Both the position numbers and the translations under genes were made by a program. This document shows, in pieces, positions 52,204-61,156 of a stretch of 64,000 bases of DNA; position 1 is the first letter of the stretch, and each line of letters starts with the position of its first letter. Under the pieces are notes generated by a model. It was not told the DNA's origin and did no database searches. It worked only from the letters and a program-made list of their open reading frames with translations. Location: the NCBI GenBank assembly GCA_031262465.1, contig JAISHQ010000091.1, forward strand, positions 3,064 through 67,063. The letters run 5' to 3'. This stretch comes from Rikenellaceae bacterium. GTDB taxonomy: Bacteria; Bacteroidota; Bacteroidia; Bacteroidales; Rikenellaceae.

Positions 52204-55200
52204 ATGAAGAAAATTTTACTTTTTGTCGCGGCTATCGTCCTGACCGTGAGCGGATGTAGCGAAAAGTACGACGACACCTCTGTGTGGGATGCGATCGACC
52301 AACAAGATGAGCGCAACAACTCGCAGGACAGTCGGCTTTCTTCGCTCGAAGCATGGCAAAAACAGGTTAATACCGATATTGCTACCTTGAAGGCTTTGGT
52401 CGAGGCTTCACAAAATGGTGACCACATTGTGAAAGTCGAGACACATTCCTCCGGCAACGGCGGCCATATAATCACGTTGGCTTCGGGCAAAACGCTCACC
52501 ATCAACAACGGTGCCACAGGTGCCACGGGTGAAAAGGGTGAAACTGGTGCCGCAGGTGCTCAAGGTATCCAAGGCGAAACCGGTTCCGCAGGTGCCGCAG
52601 GCTACACACCGCTTGTTAGTGTAAAGCTGGACGAAGACGGCGCTTATTATTGGACTCTCGATGGCGAGTTTATCGTTGTCGATGGCCAAAAATTGCCCGT
52701 TACAGGAGCCAAAGGCGATAAAGGTGATAAAGGTGACAAGGGCGACAAAGGCGATCCCGGAGCAACCGGCCCTCAAGGTCAAACTGGTGCAACCGGCCAA
52801 GACGGTGCGATACCGGAGTTTTACATCATAGATGGCTATTGGTACGTTTCCTATGACGGAGGAAACACAAAGGAACAGATTGGTCAGGCAACTGGCGAAG
52901 CTGGTCCTACCGGTGCCACTGGAGCCACCGGTGCTCAGGGCGAAACCGGTCCTGCTGGTCCTACCGGAGCGACTGGCCCTAAAGGCGATTCGTTCTTCAA
53001 AAGTGTCACTCAGGACGACAACTCCGTCACCTTTACCCTTTCGGACAATACCGTTATCATCATTCCCAAGATCGCGCCGCTGAGCATTGCTTTCGACGAA
53101 GAAGACCTGTTGGTGGCCATGAACGCCTCTTCGACCCGAAGTGTCGGCTATACCGTATCCTCTGAAGCCAGCCCGATTGCGATCGAACTCTTTGCCTCGG
53201 ACGACATCACGGCCACCCTTACCCCCGCCGACGCGAGCGGGCTGACGGGCGAGATCGAGCTGACGACCTCCGCCACGATCACCGAGAAGAGCAAAGTCGT
53301 TGTCTTTGTCTCGAACGGCGAAAAGTTGATTATGCGCACGCTTCACTTCGAGCCGCAAGGGTTGCAAGTTGAGGAAGAGGTTGTCAAAGAGGCTACGCCC
53401 GAGGGCGGCGAGGTGGCGTTGGAATTTTTGTCGAACACGCCGTGTGAGGCCGTTATTCCCGCCGAGGCTCGGTCGTGGATCAGCGTCGCCCCCCAAACCC
53501 GCGCACTGGAAAAGCAGACCATCACGCTAATTCTCCAGCCCAATACCGGGTACGATCGCAGTGCAGTGGTCACAATTCAGTCCGAGGACGGCTCCCTGTT
53601 TGTCGAATACACCGTCGAACAGGAGGGCGATTTGGGTTCTTCCACCGATGTGCTGGCCATGATCCCCGACCCGGCGTTTTTGGCCGAATGTCAGCGGATG
53701 ATGCCAGAGTGGGATACCAACGGCGACGGCAAACTCTCTCCCGCAGAAGCGGCGGCAGTAAAGTATATGCGTGTTTATGAAATGGGGATTATATCCTTGT
53801 CGGGGATAGAGTATTTTACAGGCTTGACGGAACTAAACTGCAGCAACAATCAACTCACTTTACTGAATGTGTCGAACAATATTGCGTTGAGATCATTGTT
53901 TTGCAGTATGAATCAACTTACCGCACTCGATGTATCGAAGAATACGGCATTGACATCTTTGAACTGCCAGTACAATCAACTCACGGCACTCGATATATCA
54001 AATAATACTGCGTTGATCACTATTTTCTGCACAAACAATAAATTGACTTCGCTGGATGTATCAAATAATACCGCTTTGGAATACTTGTACTGCAACGGGA
54101 ATCAACTCACCACGTTGGATGTGTCGAAAAATACTGCATTGAGATATTTATACTGCTATTCCAATCAACTCACGGCATTGGATGTGTCAAAGAACACATC
54201 TCTAACAAACTTCCTTGGTGACTATAATCAACTTACCTCGCTCGACATCTCCAAAAACACCTCGCTGTCACAATTTTCTTGCGGAAATAACCCTGGCGAC
54301 GGTGTCTCGACATTTCCTGTGAAAGCATGGTTCGACAATAGTGCGATTCCCTTGGATTTTTTGAATCTGCGCTGGAAATGGTATGAGAATATGATCTCCC
54401 CCGTCTATTATACGGGCGACACCCCGCCCGAAGGAAATATACTGTATGAATCCACCGACTATTCCGAGGACGGCAAAGTTACCGTGTTGCAACGAGCCAC
54501 CGAGGGCGCGGGCATCGACATTGTGCTGATGGGCGACGGTTATTCCGACCGACAGATTGCCGCCGGAAATTATGCCGAGGTGATGCAATTTGCCGCCGAA
54601 GACTTCTTTACCGTAGAGCCTTACAAGTCATTCAAGCACTTATTCAATGTCTATGCCGTCACTGTTGTTTCGAAAAACGAAGGATACATGGGAGAAACTG
54701 CCTTGCAGTTCTCATATGATGTGAATAATTACGTGACTATCTTCGACTATGCGCTTAAAGCTATCAGTTCAGATCAGATGGACGAGGCATTGATAGTTCT
54801 CATAATGAATACCGACATAGTGGCAGCTGGACACTGCGCTATGTTTTTTCCAGAATCATCGAACGATTGGGGTTCGGGGATTTCGGTCGCTTATTTCCCC
54901 GCTGTATTGAATGACAAGCCGGGATTTTCCCATTTTCTCTATCATGAAGCCAACGGTCACGGCTTTGCCAAACTTGACGACGAGTATGGTCAGTCGTCAT
55001 CTTTCAGAGAGACTATGCCGGCTGAAAGCGTGGCAAGCGTGCGCGCGGCTCAAACCAATTATGGCTGGTGGAAAAATGTCGATTTCACCAGCGACCTCTC
55101 TACTATTCGCTGGAACTACTTCCTAAGCGACCCGCGCTATGCGAACGAGGGTTTGGGTGCTTATCAGGGTGGCAATGGCTATACGTACGGCGTGTGGCGA

Positions 55201-55518
55201 CCAAGCCTAATGAGTATTATGAACGACGGCGAGTTTAGGAATACCAAGTTCAACGCCCCGAGCCGTGAGGCGATCTATTACCGTATCCACAAGCTGGCTT
55301 ACGGCGCGAGCTGGCAGTACGATTATGAGACGTTTGTGGAGTGGGACTTGGCTCACCGCCCGACGAGTGCCGCCACCCGGTCAGCAAGTTCCCCTGCTCG
55401 GTCAGCCAGCTCCTCTGCTCGATCGGCCAACGTGGGCGAGGGCACGGTTCTCAAACCCGTGCCTCACACCCCGCCCGTCGTGCACCCCTATTCGTGGCGG
55501 GAAGCCGGAAAGAATTAA
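52204..55518 (+). CDS. Large multidomain lipoprotein: coiled-coil, collagen-like Gly-X-Y segments, BACON-like domain, leucine-rich repeats and M64-like metallopeptidase domain
   Basis: 1104 aa. Lipobox LTVSGC. Three Gly-X-Y runs at aa 103-133, 167-201 and 230-262 (for example GAKGDKGDKGDKGDKGDPGATGPQGQTGATGQDG). About seven 22-aa LRRs at aa ~527-697 (NQLTALDVSKNTALTSLNC...). The C-terminal region GIDIVLMGDGYSD...HEANGHGFAKLDDEY resembles IgA peptidase M64. The tail carries a 21-bp repeat (RSASSPA/RSASSSA). Confidence 0.85.
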   Translation: MKKILLFVAAIVLTVSGCSEKYDDTSVWDAIDQQDERNNSQDSRLSSLEAWQKQVNTDIATLKALVEASQNGDHIVKVETHSSGNGGHIITLASGKTLTINNGATGATGEKGETGAAGAQGIQGETGSAGAAGYTPLVSVKLDEDGAYYWTLDGEFIVVDGQKLPVTGAKGDKGDKGDKGDKGDPGATGPQGQTGATGQDGAIPEFYIIDGYWYVSYDGGNTKEQIGQATGEAGPTGATGATGAQGETGPAGPTGATGPKGDSFFKSVTQDDNSVTFTLSDNTVIIIPKIAPLSIAFDEEDLLVAMNASSTRSVGYTVSSEASPIAIELFASDDITATLTPADASGLTGEIELTTSATITEKSKVVVFVSNGEKLIMRTLHFEPQGLQVEEEVVKEATPEGGEVALEFLSNTPCEAVIPAEARSWISVAPQTRALEKQTITLILQPNTGYDRSAVVTIQSEDGSLFVEYTVEQEGDLGSSTDVLAMIPDPAFLAECQRMMPEWDTNGDGKLSPAEAAAVKYMRVYEMGIISLSGIEYFTGLTELNCSNNQLTLLNVSNNIALRSLFCSMNQLTALDVSKNTALTSLNCQYNQLTALDISNNTALITIFCTNNKLTSLDVSNNTALEYLYCNGNQLTTLDVSKNTALRYLYCYSNQLTALDVSKNTSLTNFLGDYNQLTSLDISKNTSLSQFSCGNNPGDGVSTFPVKAWFDNSAIPLDFLNLRWKWYENMISPVYYTGDTPPEGNILYESTDYSEDGKVTVLQRATEGAGIDIVLMGDGYSDRQIAAGNYAEVMQFAAEDFFTVEPYKSFKHLFNVYAVTVVSKNEGYMGETALQFSYDVNNYVTIFDYALKAISSDQMDEALIVLIMNTDIVAAGHCAMFFPESSNDWGSGISVAYFPAVLNDKPGFSHFLYHEANGHGFAKLDDEYGQSSSFRETMPAESVASVRAAQTNYGWWKNVDFTSDLSTIRWNYFLSDPRYANEGLGAYQGGNGYTYGVWRPSLMSIMNDGEFRNTKFNAPSREAIYYRIHKLAYGASWQYDYETFVEWDLAHRPTSAATRSASSPARSASSSARSANVGEGTVLKPVPHTPPVVHPYSWREAGKN

Positions 55519-55543
55519 AAAGCAACCGGCACATCTACACAAC

Positions 55544-55585
55544 AGCGGCTGTCTCCCCCTCGGAGACAGCCGCTTTGGGTTTTTG
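55544..55585 (+). terminator. Intrinsic terminator of the multidomain lipoprotein gene
   Basis: AGCGGCTGTCTCC-CCCTC-GGAGACAGCCGCT followed by TTGGGTTTTT, 26 nt after the stop. It could also serve the convergent kdsC gene. Confidence 0.7.
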
Positions 55586-55603
55586 GTTGATAAGCGCGCC
55601 CCT

Positions 55604-56137
55604 CTATGCCGAGGTGACCGTTGTTCCGAAGTCGTCGGAGAACCAGTCGCCGCGGGCGCGGAGGACTTGTTCGATGATGTCGCGGACACAGCCCTCGCCG
55701 CCGGCGAAGCCTGAGACATAGCGGGCGACCCGTTTCACGTCGACCGAAGCGTCTGCCGGGCAGACCGGTACGCCGACGGCTCGCATGGCCGGGATGTCGG
55801 GGATGTCGTCGCCCATGAAGAGCACCTCTTCGGGGCGCAGGCCGTATTTCTCCATAAAGGCTTTGAGGCGAGGCAGTTTGTCGAAGCAATCGAGGTGGAG
55901 GTCGCTCACCCCCAGCATCTCGAAGCGGCGCAGGAGCGCGATGCCTTTCCCCCCGGTGATGACGCAGACCGGATAGCCCTTTTCGACCACCGTTTTCAGT
56001 CCGAAGCCGTCTTTGGCGTTATAGGCGCGCACGAAATCGCCGTCGGGGGTGACCGTTATTTTGTTGTCGGTAAATACGCCGTCGACATCAAAGGCAAAGG
56101 CGCGCACGTGTTCAATATCTTCCTTAAAGTTTCCCAT
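55604..56137 (-). CDS. kdsC: 3-deoxy-D-manno-octulosonate 8-phosphate phosphatase (HAD-IIIA)
   Basis: 177 aa. FAFDVDGVFTD motif I, and the pattern VITGG...MGDDIPDIP typical of KdsC. Confidence 0.85.
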   Translation of the reverse strand: MGNFKEDIEHVRAFAFDVDGVFTDNKITVTPDGDFVRAYNAKDGFGLKTVVEKGYPVCVITGGKGIALLRRFEMLGVSDLHLDCFDKLPRLKAFMEKYGLRPEEVLFMGDDIPDIPAMRAVGVPVCPADASVDVKRVARYVSGFAGGEGCVRDIIEQVLRARGDWFSDDFGTTVTSA

Positions 56138-56945
56138 GGGTCTCGTTCATTTCGATGATGTGTTCGGTCAGCAGGTCGTAAATCGTTTTCAGGGCGGGTG
56201 CATCCTCCAACAGCTGGCGGTGCTTTTCGATCGTCGGCCAATCGCGGCGCACGGCAGGCCCTGTTTGTGCCTCCAACGGTGAACCGCCCGCCAATATCTT
56301 CCGCGTTGTTTCGGCGATCAGCGGCTTCAGCGCGGCGAAGTCCATGCCACAGGCCCGCATCCATTGCTCCCCTGCGGCATAGAGGTCGTTGACAAAGTTA
56401 GCAACAAAAACGGCTCCCACGTGCATTTTCTGCCGAAAAAGCGAATCGGCACGGTAGACCGAATCGGACAGCTCCTCGGCCAGCGCGGTCAGCGTGGCAT
56501 AATCGCCCTCGCTTTCGGCCTCGATGAAGAGGGGAACCGCCCGAAAATCGACCGCCCGCCCGGCGGTGAAGGTCTGCAACGGGTAGAAGACCCCGCGCCG
56601 GAGCGTGGGCGACAGCTGGCCGATGTCGACACTCCCGGCGGTGTGCGCCACGATGCCGTCGCCGAACGGGAGCTGGCGGGAAAGCTCGCCGATCGCCCGA
56701 TCCGAGACGGCCAACAGATAAAGATCGGCCTCGGCCAACGCCTGCGGATCGTCCGTCCACGGACACCCGGCCAACGCCGCCAACGCCTGCCCGCGTTCGG
56801 GGTTGCGGGCAAAGAGTTGCACGAGTTGTCCACGGCCTATCGCCGAAATGGCGCGACAGAGCGCCTCGGCCACGTTGCCGCTTCCAACGATAACAATGCG
56901 TTCAGGCTTTTTCACGTTCGATTTTGATTTCGGATAACAACACAT
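56124..56945 (-). CDS. Rossmann-fold protein with a DUF2520-like C-terminal domain
   Basis: 273 aa. RIVIVGSGNVAEAL dinucleotide-binding motif. The start is uncertain: ATG 56945 overlaps the upstream gene by 44 nt, and a GTG at 56915 is an alternative. Confidence 0.65.
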   Translation of the reverse strand: MCCYPKSKSNVKKPERIVIVGSGNVAEALCRAISAIGRGQLVQLFARNPERGQALAALAGCPWTDDPQALAEADLYLLAVSDRAIGELSRQLPFGDGIVAHTAGSVDIGQLSPTLRRGVFYPLQTFTAGRAVDFRAVPLFIEAESEGDYATLTALAEELSDSVYRADSLFRQKMHVGAVFVANFVNDLYAAGEQWMRACGMDFAALKPLIAETTRKILAGGSPLEAQTGPAVRRDWPTIEKHRQLLEDAPALKTIYDLLTEHIIEMNETHGKL

Positions 56946-58242
56946 TTTGGTCGGACTCGGCCAGTACCCGATTCAGTTTCAACAGCACCCGGCTGACGGA
57001 GCGGTATTCGGCATACTCTTTCATGTTGAGGCGCGACAGCCCCCGGGTTTCGACCGCTCGAATCACGTCATAGACCCGCAGGCCGCTGACTTCGTGCGCC
57101 GGATAATAGCGCGTTGTCTTCTTGTCGTCGTCCTCGGCCGAAATAATCAGCCCGGCCTCTTCCAACTCGAAAAGCGAATCGCGGACAATCCGAACAGGCA
57201 GGTTCAACGCCTCGGCCAGCTGATCCGAGTCCATCTGCTGTCCGCCGGCGGCGAAGTCAGTGGCAATGCGGTGCATGACCAACAGCATCACCTTGCGGCG
57301 GTAGTCGTAGCTGACGTGTTCGGCCTCGCGTTCGTATTGGTAATTCTTCACGTTTTGATAGCCGAACGAAAGTTCCGCCCCGAACATGACGATCTGCCAG
57401 CAGACATTCAACCAGATCAGGAACAACGGAAGCAGAGCCAACCCCCCGTAAACGATGTTGTAATTGCTGATCGACGACTGCCCATAAGCGTAAAACAGCT
57501 GAACAAAGACAAAGACAACGCCCACCACGGTGCCCGATTTGAGGGCGGACATAAATTGAACCTTGGTGTTGGGCATGACGAAATAGACCAGCGTAAAGAT
57601 CAGAATAGCAGAGATAAAGGGGATCACGGCGCGCACGACGATCAATAGCGGCGAGAGAAATGTCCCCCCGATCATCCCCTCCAGCGACGATTCGACCAGG
57701 TTGCGAGCCATCGAAAAGAGCATGATAACGATCGGCCCGAGGATCAGGATCGAGATGTAATCGGCAATGCGCCGGGTGATGTTGCGCTGTTTGCGCACCT
57801 CCCAAATGAAATTGAACGACTCCTCGGTGTTCATGAAGACCTTGATGACCGACCACAACAAGACCAACAGGCCGACGGAGGCGACCAAACCGCCCTGGGT
57901 GATGGCCGTGATGTTTTCGGCAAAACCGATCACCTGTTCAATCAGCTGGCGGTACCGGGGCAACGCGCCGAGGACATAGCCCTGCATATCGAAGCCCACG
58001 GCTTTGGCCACCCCGAAAACCACAGCGGCCAGCGGAACAATGGCCATCAGCGTGTAATAGGTCAGCCCGGCACAGCGGACAGTCATTTGGTTTTGGCCGT
58101 AACTCCGTATGGTGTAGATAAATACCTTGATATGCCCCGAAAGCCACCGCATGAATTTCGAGTGGTATTCGCGCTCGGCCTTTGTCCAAATTTCTTCGGT
58201 TAGGTAGCGGTAAATGGCTTTAATTCTCTCTATCATGACCAT
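56902..58242 (-). CDS. YihY/BrkB-family membrane protein with a C-terminal winged-helix-like extension
   Basis: 446 aa. The N-terminal pattern MTVRCAGLTYYTLMAIVPLAAVVFGV is typical of YihY (formerly called ribonuclease BN-like). 6 TM helices. Confidence 0.8.
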   Translation of the reverse strand: MVMIERIKAIYRYLTEEIWTKAEREYHSKFMRWLSGHIKVFIYTIRSYGQNQMTVRCAGLTYYTLMAIVPLAAVVFGVAKAVGFDMQGYVLGALPRYRQLIEQVIGFAENITAITQGGLVASVGLLVLLWSVIKVFMNTEESFNFIWEVRKQRNITRRIADYISILILGPIVIMLFSMARNLVESSLEGMIGGTFLSPLLIVVRAVIPFISAILIFTLVYFVMPNTKVQFMSALKSGTVVGVVFVFVQLFYAYGQSSISNYNIVYGGLALLPLFLIWLNVCWQIVMFGAELSFGYQNVKNYQYEREAEHVSYDYRRKVMLLVMHRIATDFAAGGQQMDSDQLAEALNLPVRIVRDSLFELEEAGLIISAEDDDKKTTRYYPAHEVSGLRVYDVIRAVETRGLSRLNMKEYAEYRSVSRVLLKLNRVLAESDQNVLLSEIKIEREKA

Positions 58243-58249
58243 GATTTGA

Positions 58250-59476
58250 TTATTCTATCGGCTCAATTTGCAGGCATTTCGGCTCTCCGGCGATCCGGGT
58301 AAAGGCGTACCACGCCGTGCCTCCCTCGCGCACGTTGAGCGCCTGTTTGATCTCTCGGCTGGAGGCCGGAAAATCGCGCCGCAGGAGGTTGATCCGGTCG
58401 ATTCCCTGTCTTGCAAACTCCTTGCGGAGCTTCGCCGGGCGGTAATCCGTCGCCCCGATCAGGCGATAGATGCGTCCGGGAAAGCCTTCGGGAAGTTCCT
58501 CCACAAAAGCGAAGCCATTTTGCGACGGCAACCGGAATTTTTGCTCGGGGAAATAGTTGTCCAACAGCGCCCTGACCACCCGCCCTTTGTAAAATGCCGC
58601 ATCGGGGACGACCAAAAAGCCTCCTTCGGGTGGCGGTTCGTCCCCGGCCTCGTCTCCTGCTTCATCTCCTGCCGCGCCGATTTGTTGCGGGGCGAACGAG
58701 TATTTTCGGCCTCCGTCCAACGAAACCACGACGGCGGCCTGTGTCGGAGGTTCCCGGCGCAGTTCGACCAACAGCTCCTTGACCTCCCCGCCAATGGAGA
58801 CGATCTCCAACCGCGACAGGTGCCCGGCAAAGACTTTCAGAGCCTCCTGCACATCGAAGAGCGGCGAGAGTTTGACCAGCGTCACACGCGCCTTTTGGAG
58901 CAACAGGGGCAAAAGTTCGATCACGTTGGGCGAACAGGCCTGTGGCAGGAAGATGCGCCCGCCGTCGCCGTCCCGCCGTGCTGGGTCGAGGTAAATCAGG
59001 TCGGCCTCGCCGTCGAACTCGGCCAAAAAGGCTTCGGCTGAGGCGGTTACCACCGTGATATGTTGCCCGCCCAACCGGGCGAAGTTGTACCGCGCCACCT
59101 CGGCCAAAGTGGGGTCTCGCTCGACCGTGATAACCCGATCGAACGAGCGGGAAAAATGCAGGCTGTCGACCCCCAAGCCACAAGTCAGGTCGATGCACAG
59201 CCCCCCGGAGTACGATTTCAGAGCCGCCGCCTCCTCGCTGCTGCATTGCTCATAAGAAATCGGAGGGATCACACACCGGGCGGCGTAATAGGAGGGGAGT
59301 TTCGTGCGCGCCCGTTGCAGGGTTTTCACCTGCCCACAGACGGCTCGCGCCCGTTCCCGCTCGCATTTCAACGTGAAAGCCAACCGCTCCGGGTCGTCGT
59401 GCAGGTGCCGCTCGACCAGCTCCGCGCCGAGCGGATCGGTCAATAGGCGCAGCGTGTCAGGCGAAAGGCTGGACAT
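58250..59476 (-). CDS. Class I SAM-dependent methyltransferase with a THUMP-like C-terminal domain
   Basis: 408 aa. SAM motif I LCIDLTCGLGVDSLHFS and post-I VITVERD. Confidence 0.7.
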   Translation of the reverse strand: MSSLSPDTLRLLTDPLGAELVERHLHDDPERLAFTLKCERERARAVCGQVKTLQRARTKLPSYYAARCVIPPISYEQCSSEEAAALKSYSGGLCIDLTCGLGVDSLHFSRSFDRVITVERDPTLAEVARYNFARLGGQHITVVTASAEAFLAEFDGEADLIYLDPARRDGDGGRIFLPQACSPNVIELLPLLLQKARVTLVKLSPLFDVQEALKVFAGHLSRLEIVSIGGEVKELLVELRREPPTQAAVVVSLDGGRKYSFAPQQIGAAGDEAGDEAGDEPPPEGGFLVVPDAAFYKGRVVRALLDNYFPEQKFRLPSQNGFAFVEELPEGFPGRIYRLIGATDYRPAKLRKEFARQGIDRINLLRRDFPASSREIKQALNVREGGTAWYAFTRIAGEPKCLQIEPIE

Positions 59477-61091
59477 CGGCAGGTTCGGGTTGATGTTCCC
59501 GCTCTTCGAGGTATTTGATCCCGGTCATCGCTCCCAACAGGGCAAAATAGATGAGGAAAAGCGCAGGCGTAGAGAGGGTTACGTTTTCAACAGAGGCTCC
59601 CGGCCAACCGGCAATCCACCGCACCCAAGCGTTCTGCCGTTCGAGCAACCAGTTGAGGATCACCCCGGCCAGCCACCCCAGCCCCGGCACGGAGGCCAAG
59701 AGCAGGTAACAGAGTCCTGCTACCATCAACCACGTGATAACCAACATGATAAACGGATTGGCCAAGATGCTCAACAGCGGAATGCGCCCAAATGCCCACC
59801 CGACCAGCGGAACCACCCCGATCTGAGCCGACAGGCCGATCAGGATCGCCCCAGTCATGAAGACAAAGAGGTTGCAGAGAAAGGCCGCCGGCAGACGCAC
59901 CAGCCCTTTTGTTCGGTTGCGTGTCCGGCGAAACCAAATCGTCGCTCGCTGAACGCCCGTCCAGCGATTGAAGCGGGGGTAGAAGAACAAGATCGACAGC
60001 AGAGCCAAATAGGACATCTGAAAGCTAATATCGTAAAGAAACATCGGCCGAATCAACAGCAGAACAAAAGCCGAGGCGAAAAGCGAGTTGTACGAGTTGT
60101 ATTGGCGCACCGAAAAGAGCGAAAACTGCATGATAGTCAGCATAAAGGCCGCCCGAAGCACCGAGGCCGACATCCCGGAGATAAAGGCAAAGCCCCACAG
60201 CGCAAAAACGACCAAAACCGTGCGCACGCTTCGTCCCCGGCGCAGGAAAATCAGGGGCGTAAAGAGGTAGTTCAACAGCAGAAAAAGGATGCCCAAGTGC
60301 AATCCGGAGATGGCCAAAATGTGGGAAACGCCCGCTTTGGAGTAATCTTCGCGAATTTCCGGGTCGAGCAGGGTGCGGTCACCGGCCAACAGCGCCATAG
60401 CCACCCCCAACTCTTGGTCGTCCATCTTGAACTCCTTCAAGCGTTGGACAATGGCGGCCTGCACCCGTTTCGAGGCCTGTATCACCGCGCTCCACGGCGA
60501 CGAGGGCTTGCCCGGCTCGTCCGAGAGCAACCGCCCGTCGATGATATAAGCGCGCCCCAACACCCCCCGGCTCTGCATCGTCCGGGCGTACCCCGAGGTG
60601 CCGCCCACCGTGTCGAGTGGGTTGATGTAGGCCACCGCGCTGAAGCGGTCGCCGATGCAGACGGTATAGGCCGTGTCGACATAGAGCGAAATAGTCTCCA
60701 GAGCGGGTTGCCACGCCGAAGTCGAATCGTCGTAAGAGCGAAAGGCGGTGATCTCGGCAGTCGTTCGGTGCCAACGGCCATACGTGTTGACGTTGTCGTA
60801 AATTGTCCCCGAAATGACTAACCGTTCGTTGCGGGGCATGACCTCTTTGGGATTCAGTACCTTGGCCGAAGAGACCCCGACCAACACCAGCATCGCCGCA
60901 ATCAGTCCCTGCCGAATCCGCTGACCCCGAAAGAGGAAATAACAGCCGATCGCCCCCAACAGCGCGCCCAACAGCCCGAGTGTCGGAACGGTCAGGTATT
61001 CGGCCACGACAATCCCCGCAATCAACGGCACAATCATCCGCAGAAAGGGAATTTGTTCGAGCTGTTCGGCTATGGTAAAACGTTTGGGCAT
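59457..61091 (-). CDS. comEC: ComEC/Rec2-family membrane protein
   Basis: 544 aa. The N-terminal TM region plus DUF4131-like OB part is followed by the competence domain (AGVSHILAISGLHLGILF). No C-terminal metallo-beta-lactamase domain is present. Confidence 0.8.
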   Translation of the reverse strand: MPKRFTIAEQLEQIPFLRMIVPLIAGIVVAEYLTVPTLGLLGALLGAIGCYFLFRGQRIRQGLIAAMLVLVGVSSAKVLNPKEVMPRNERLVISGTIYDNVNTYGRWHRTTAEITAFRSYDDSTSAWQPALETISLYVDTAYTVCIGDRFSAVAYINPLDTVGGTSGYARTMQSRGVLGRAYIIDGRLLSDEPGKPSSPWSAVIQASKRVQAAIVQRLKEFKMDDQELGVAMALLAGDRTLLDPEIREDYSKAGVSHILAISGLHLGILFLLLNYLFTPLIFLRRGRSVRTVLVVFALWGFAFISGMSASVLRAAFMLTIMQFSLFSVRQYNSYNSLFASAFVLLLIRPMFLYDISFQMSYLALLSILFFYPRFNRWTGVQRATIWFRRTRNRTKGLVRLPAAFLCNLFVFMTGAILIGLSAQIGVVPLVGWAFGRIPLLSILANPFIMLVITWLMVAGLCYLLLASVPGLGWLAGVILNWLLERQNAWVRWIAGWPGASVENVTLSTPALFLIYFALLGAMTGIKYLEEREHQPEPADVQPFA

Positions 61092-61156
61092 TCAATCAAC
61101 AATATCTAAACGAAGATAATAAAAAATAAAAAATTACAGAAATTCTAAACGTTCAA

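Noticed and set aside
52510-52989. Periodic 9-bp repeats (the collagen Gly-X-Y segments, and the PTE repeat at 46675..46770), considered as possible CRISPR or other non-coding arrays.
   Set aside because: The periodicity is 9 bp, in frame inside long ORFs. There is no repeat-spacer organisation and no cas genes. They are coding low-complexity repeats.
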